DNA from: a cyanobacterium endosymbiont of Rhopalodia gibba
Lineage (GTDB): Bacteria > Cyanobacteriota > Cyanobacteriia > Cyanobacteriales > Microcystaceae
DNA length: 64,000 bases
Assembly: GCA_045159875.1 (NCBI GenBank)
Contig: CP067995.1
Coordinates: 1,664,001 to 1,728,000 of the forward strand
Reading direction: 5' to 3'
The position numbers were made by a program, and so were the translations under genes. The notes beneath the pieces were generated by a model. The model searched no databases and was not told where the DNA came from. It saw only the letters and a program-made list of their open reading frames with translations. The stretch's first letter is position 1; the number at the start of each line of letters is the position of its first letter. Positions 58,773 to 64,000 of the stretch are shown piece by piece.

Positions 58773-61190
58773 CTATAAAGAATTAAAATCAGTTAAGACT
58801 CCATAAATCGCCCAAATAGCCATTGCCCGTAGATAATGACATACACGAAAAGTTCCAACAGCCGTTATCGCTTCAGGAGTACGAAATTGTAAGCCATTTT
58901 CATATATTTGTTTAACTACTACTTCAGTTAACTTCAATGCCTCATCTCTGCGTCCCATTTGCACGAGAAATGCTGCCAAACCAAAGTTAATTCCTGTCCA
59001 AACTTCCTGAGGATGGGTTGAATTAGGATCTTCGGGAATTCCATCGGGCTTCATGCCATTTGCTGCTCCATATTTCCCTTCTTGAAACTTCAAAAAACAA
59101 GCATCATAAATCTTATTTAAGGTTGACTGGATATATTGATTTTCAACTATGTCAGGCAATTTCAATAAACGAGCGTAAAATTGACCACACAATTGATCTG
59201 CCATTACCACACTAGAACCACTTTTACTGTCGAGTTTATAGTATTCTCCATTCCATAAAGTTTTATGATAAATTGACCGCGATTGTTGTAACCAATAATT
59301 ATAATTTTTTATATGATCACTGACTAGTTTTAATTCTGATTCTAAATTACTTGGAGTATTTTCTAAAATAATCTCGCCGATTTTAATAGCCGACTCCAGG
59401 GCTGCTATCCACAACCCGCCACAATATGCACTTATTCCTTGTAATTGCCAATCATCAAAAGTTTGATCAGGTGCACCGGAATTTTCAGGTATACCATCCC
59501 CATCTAAATCAAAAGTTTTTAAATAAGCTAAGGTTTCTGCAATCGCCGGCCAACATTTTCTTAAAAATTCTTTATCTTTGCCAGGTGTTAATAAATAATC
59601 TCGATACACTTGCAGAACAAAATCACTCCCTAAATCTTTCCACAAATTACAATCTTGATAGCTAGTATAATTGGTTTTTTTCCAGGGATGTTCATTAGGA
59701 GCACCTAAGTCATGAGGGGTGGCCCCTTTGGCTTTTCTAATTGCTTTTGCCTGGTTATAGCCAATAATTCTAGGGGTGTTATCATAGGTTGAAATTGCTC
59801 TAGCAAAGGCTTCTAAAACTGATTTTTCTATCCTTGGCCAAAGCATCATTAGTCCAAAAGAACCATATAGTCGAACATCTAAACTTTCATACCAACGATA
59901 GTCTAGACATTCGAGAACACCAAATTGCCCAATAGGATCATCCTCTGAAGCGGCTGTCCATAAAGTTCCTCCATCAGTCAGTAAATATAATTCATTCAAT
60001 AAAGCCATTTTAAACCAGCCAGGTAAGTCGTCCCTTTTAATAATGGGAGACTGCCATTCTTCTATCTTTTTTTGCCAAACATTAAAATGTTTTAAAGCTG
60101 TTTTAACTATTGCCCAAGCGTTCTTACCATTGCGATCAAAAAAGTCAGTGTAGCGACGGTAACATTCTACTCCCTGAGCAAATTCTGTGACAGGAAAATC
60201 CCAGGCTAAAATAAAGGGAATTTTCTTAGTCTTCCCAGGACGAATAGTAAACCGAATGGTCATGGCTGCGGCAATTTGTTCTCCAGGTTTAGCTGGGGTT
60301 TCATTTTCAGTATTTGGTAACGATCCATTCATAGCGAAATCGTCCCAAATTTCTGAACCATCTCCCTTGGGGTTCCATCTTCCCAAATAAAAAACCTCGA
60401 CACTGGGATTAGTTACACTAGCAATGCAAATTTGTCCTTCCCCTTCCTGCACTTGAGTCTGGAGTTGAATATGGTTGCAGATGAATCCAACACTGCAGTT
60501 ATCTCGCACCCATTGATTAAAATTTCCCGTACTCTGTCCCCATCGGGGTTGATATTTATATTCAGGGCTACCATCGTCTCTGACGGTAATTTCAGGAGAT
60601 TTGATAGCATTGGTAAACCATCCTACAATATTTTGCCACGTTACCATAATACTGAGAGTAATGGGTTTATCTGTGGGATTATAGGCAGTCCATTCAAAGA
60701 TAGCTAAAGGGTAGCTAGTTTCCTGATAATTATCTGGAATAATTGGGGAAAATTGCTCACAAACTAGATTGCTTTGCAATACACCTTGATATTCGTACCA
60801 ACTGCGAGGATAAAGGGCATGATAAGTCCCTTTCTCCGTAGGATACCAATTCCAAGTTGATAAAGTTCCATCTTCAGGAGGTTGGGTACACAGAGCATAA
60901 GCTTGAGAATTTTTCCCTTCGGATTGTTCAAAAACGCTAAACTGACAGGCGGGAATACTACCGAATGTATGTTCACCCCCATCAAAATGCCAGAGGTTAA
61001 AGTCACCACGGGGGGAACGTCCAATGCAACCAGCTCCGAACCCGCCGAGAGGCATTCCATGGTTTGGTCCATCATCTAAGTTACTAGCTCTTCGTACTGT
61101 GTAGGGCTTATCCCATCCTTTACCGATAGGACGTTTCCAAGTGCAAGGAGGAATCTTGGGAAAAGAAAATGGTGTTTCCATAGAATACAT
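58773..61190 (-). CDS. GH116 glycoside hydrolase (GBA2-like non-lysosomal glucosylceramidase family)
   Basis: GMPLGGFGAG.IGR, ALYPR.W, LECLDYRWYESLDV, PHDLG, WKDL, PDQTFDDW and EVWTG...F.TPEA. Confidence 0.95.
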   Translation of the reverse strand: MYSMETPFSFPKIPPCTWKRPIGKGWDKPYTVRRASNLDDGPNHGMPLGGFGAGCIGRSPRGDFNLWHFDGGEHTFGSIPACQFSVFEQSEGKNSQAYALCTQPPEDGTLSTWNWYPTEKGTYHALYPRSWYEYQGVLQSNLVCEQFSPIIPDNYQETSYPLAIFEWTAYNPTDKPITLSIMVTWQNIVGWFTNAIKSPEITVRDDGSPEYKYQPRWGQSTGNFNQWVRDNCSVGFICNHIQLQTQVQEGEGQICIASVTNPSVEVFYLGRWNPKGDGSEIWDDFAMNGSLPNTENETPAKPGEQIAAAMTIRFTIRPGKTKKIPFILAWDFPVTEFAQGVECYRRYTDFFDRNGKNAWAIVKTALKHFNVWQKKIEEWQSPIIKRDDLPGWFKMALLNELYLLTDGGTLWTAASEDDPIGQFGVLECLDYRWYESLDVRLYGSFGLMMLWPRIEKSVLEAFARAISTYDNTPRIIGYNQAKAIRKAKGATPHDLGAPNEHPWKKTNYTSYQDCNLWKDLGSDFVLQVYRDYLLTPGKDKEFLRKCWPAIAETLAYLKTFDLDGDGIPENSGAPDQTFDDWQLQGISAYCGGLWIAALESAIKIGEIILENTPSNLESELKLVSDHIKNYNYWLQQSRSIYHKTLWNGEYYKLDSKSGSSVVMADQLCGQFYARLLKLPDIVENQYIQSTLNKIYDACFLKFQEGKYGAANGMKPDGIPEDPNSTHPQEVWTGINFGLAAFLVQMGRRDEALKLTEVVVKQIYENGLQFRTPEAITAVGTFRVCHYLRAMAIWAIYGVLTDFNSL

Positions 61191-63430
61191 TCTAACCTAT
61201 TACAGTTATGTGATTAAGACGATTAATTAATCAGCTATGAATTTCAACATTTATAGTCAAAGATAAACCCAAAAAGCAATCCGAACATGTTTGTTAGTTG
61301 ACAGAAAAAATATGCTATAAAGGTTAGAGTTTTTTGTCCAAAGCTCTAAAAGTTCTTCTTTATGAAACAGTCTAAAATAGTCATTTATCATGAAAACCAG
61401 CTTATTATATCCATTGTAACACATGAATTTTTAAGCTTTAATTTATCAGATAAGTTTACTAAACTGATCTTTGATTTTCTTATAGCAAATAAGATTTTTT
61501 TATCGTCAAAAATGCTATAAAAATCTGTTTAAATTAAATGGACTATTCATTAATAGTCCGCTCATGTCGCTTTCTATTTTTTAAAGATTTAGAATAAACT
61601 CTTAAGCAATTTGATTGACTAATAGCAATTGAACAACTTACCTAAGTATAGCAAAATAGTATCAAAAAATCTATTTTTAGAGAGTACCACGGATAAAAAA
61701 ACTAAATAAAAAATAATTTATATATTAATTTTAGACTTTAAAAGTGTTAAATAATAGCAAAAAAAAATAATTTTTATAATATCTCTAGTTTAAAAAATAG
61801 GGTTAAATATTTAGACTTTTACAATATATATAAATCTTACCTTCTTATTTATAAGATAAAAGTTGAATTAATCAATTCTATCAATTTGATAAATAAACGA
61901 TCTAAAAAATATAGGTAAAGATTTGGAAGTATCTAGAGCTACTTTAGATTTGGTTAATTTTTTTAAAATTGAACAATTCACTAGAAATAGATGATAATCG
62001 CTATTAAAATAAACTGGTTTATTTGCTAAACTAAAAAAAAGCTAAATTTAATAGGTTTAATTACGTTAATTTTTTAAAAAAATTTAACTTTTACGCAAGA
62101 GCTAATTTAACTAATTTTTTATTTTTTGAAATATCTTTTCTTTCCTTTAGAAATTGAATAGGAGTTAAGTAAGTTTTGAACTTGTCTTAAAATCTATTAT
62201 TTTTTTGTATTTATGTAGAAAATATTTAGTTTAATATCTAAATTAAATACTTTCTACATAAAGCTAATAAAGATCTTGTTGTGATTGAGGGAGTAGATCA
62301 TTGAAATTATTTGTAACAATTTAGTTTTCAAAGTCATTTATTTTCTTCCCAAGTCTCTTCTTGTTTGTAACGAGTTCTTGATTTATATTATTAGATAATA
62401 ATAGAATTATTTAATAACTTGGTGAGATTAAATACAATTTAAATTGTATCAGTTTATTTAATTTAATTTTAAGTTTTAAAGTCAAATTATTCTTTGTAAT
62501 AAATACTTTAGAATAAGTTGATCTTTTAGTTTTTTTATAATAGAAAATTATTTTTAGATAAAAACTAATAAAAAACACTAATCTCAGAGTAAGTAAATAT
62601 TTTATTTGGTGTAATGAGTTATATAACAGTATATAAATGTAGTAAGATACTATATCTATATTTTATATATTATCTTTTTTTAACTTTATAAAAATTTTTC
62701 CAAAGTAAGTTAATAATTGAGTTACTGCCAAGATCATGAAAGAGTTCAGTATTACCTAATACTAGGACAAATAATGAATATTGAATTTAATTCATTATTT
62801 GATCAAGATAAAAGTATTTTTTCATCCAAGGATATATATTTTTATTGTAATTATTAATTTATAAAAAAATACTATTTTAGTGTATAAATTTATCAAAAAA
62901 TAATCATTTTTATTTTTTTGTAAGAAAAAAAATAAAAAAATAGAGTATTATTTGTTATTTTATAAAAATAAAAATTTTTATAGTTTCCCAAGCTATATAT
63001 TATAAACAAGTAGTTAATATTTATTGATATTTAATATTTTTAAAATAAATTTTTTTTTGTAATAAAAAAAATTAAAATACTAATTTTAAAATTTAACTGT
63101 ACTTATTATATGATTTTAAATTACTGACAATACTTGTTGGAGGTTAAAACTTTTTTAAAAAAAGTTAATTAACTATTTATTTTTTAAAACTTAATAACAA
63201 TATATGCTTTTATTTGGGAAATAAGATAAGTTAAAGCAAGATTTATATTGTGCTATAAATTATTCATATCAGCGCAAAAACCATATAAATATAATTGACT
63301 TAATAAAGTCAATAATTAGCTCTGCATTACCTAATTATCTGCTGAAGTTTGACATATTGTCTTTTGACGAATATTGAGGATTATTTGTAAGATAAACTTC
63401 GCTAATATACCTAATTATCTAACGCTACCT

Positions 63431-63784
63431 ATGGATTCAACAGTCGAAAAAAAAAAGCTCGTTTCTGTTCAACCTACAGGTTTTTGTAATCAACAAAAAA
63501 CTGCCCTCGTCTCCATTGGTATTACCCCGACAGGCTATATTTCAATTGGGATTGCTCCCATGGGTATTATTGCTATTGGAATTGTTCCAATGGGGGTAAT
63601 TTCGTTTGGGGCAGTGGCCATGGGAACTGTTGCTACAGGAGCGGTTTCTATGGGAATAGCGGCTTTTGGAGTTGAAACTATGTCTCTCTTCAATTTAGAA
63701 TGGTCACAATTGGGATCGGTAGAAATTCAATTCAAACCACACAATCACGATAATTATAAAGACCATAATCATTCAAGTCCTTAA
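63431..63784 (+). CDS. Small Gly-rich membrane protein with ~10-aa repeats
   Basis: Likely ATG at 63431. Repeats GITPTGYISI/GIAPMGIIAI/GIVPMGVISF/GAVAMGTVAT/GAVSMGIAAF and a His-rich tail. Confidence 0.7.
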   Translation: MDSTVEKKKLVSVQPTGFCNQQKTALVSIGITPTGYISIGIAPMGIIAIGIVPMGVISFGAVAMGTVATGAVSMGIAAFGVETMSLFNLEWSQLGSVEIQFKPHNHDNYKDHNHSSP

Positions 63785-64000
63785 AGTTCAACACCCAATA
63801 TACTTGAGATAAACTATTAATTTTCTGGAAACTTTACGAGCCAAGGATTAACCAAGTGGATTAAGTAAGGAAACCAAATCTGGCTCTAAACCATCTATTT
63901 ATAATATTCAGAGCCAGCTCATGTTGCCATTCCTATGAATCACATTAATTCTCCTCAGATGCCCTTAGACAATAATTTAGATCTGAAGCATACTTCTGAC

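Overview
This window is AT-rich cyanobacterial chromosomal DNA with strong signs of reductive evolution. About 30 intact genes are present, including glgC, aar, murJ, crr7, an SNF2 helicase, ahcY, petA/petC/petN, tsaC, tyrS, metF, trpS and a GH116 hydrolase. They sit between multi-kb AT-rich tracts holding pseudogenes at different stages of decay: a Wzx flippase, a sulfotransferase, a Wzy-like polymerase, an RRM RNA-binding protein, a DnaJ-pentapeptide protein and glgP. The proteins look Chroococcales-like (Rippkaea/Crocosphaera). By inference, the pattern best fits an intracellular cyanobacterial endosymbiont such as the spheroid body (diazoplast) of rhopalodiacean diatoms. I saw no rRNA, tRNA, CRISPR array, IS element or prophage. 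Four signals stand out. (1) There are more than a dozen long, unrelated, mostly perfect inverted repeats confined to non-coding or dead DNA, and in two pseudogenes one arm appears to have overwritten coding sequence. (2) An intact 52-aa basic small protein, missing from the ORF track, survives just downstream of the dead rbp gene. (3) HIP1 sites appear eroded by CpG-type transitions. (4) The Wzx/Wzy polysaccharide pathway is lost while lipid-linked (GtrA/GT-C) glycosylation genes are kept. All calls were made by eye from motifs, with no database searches.
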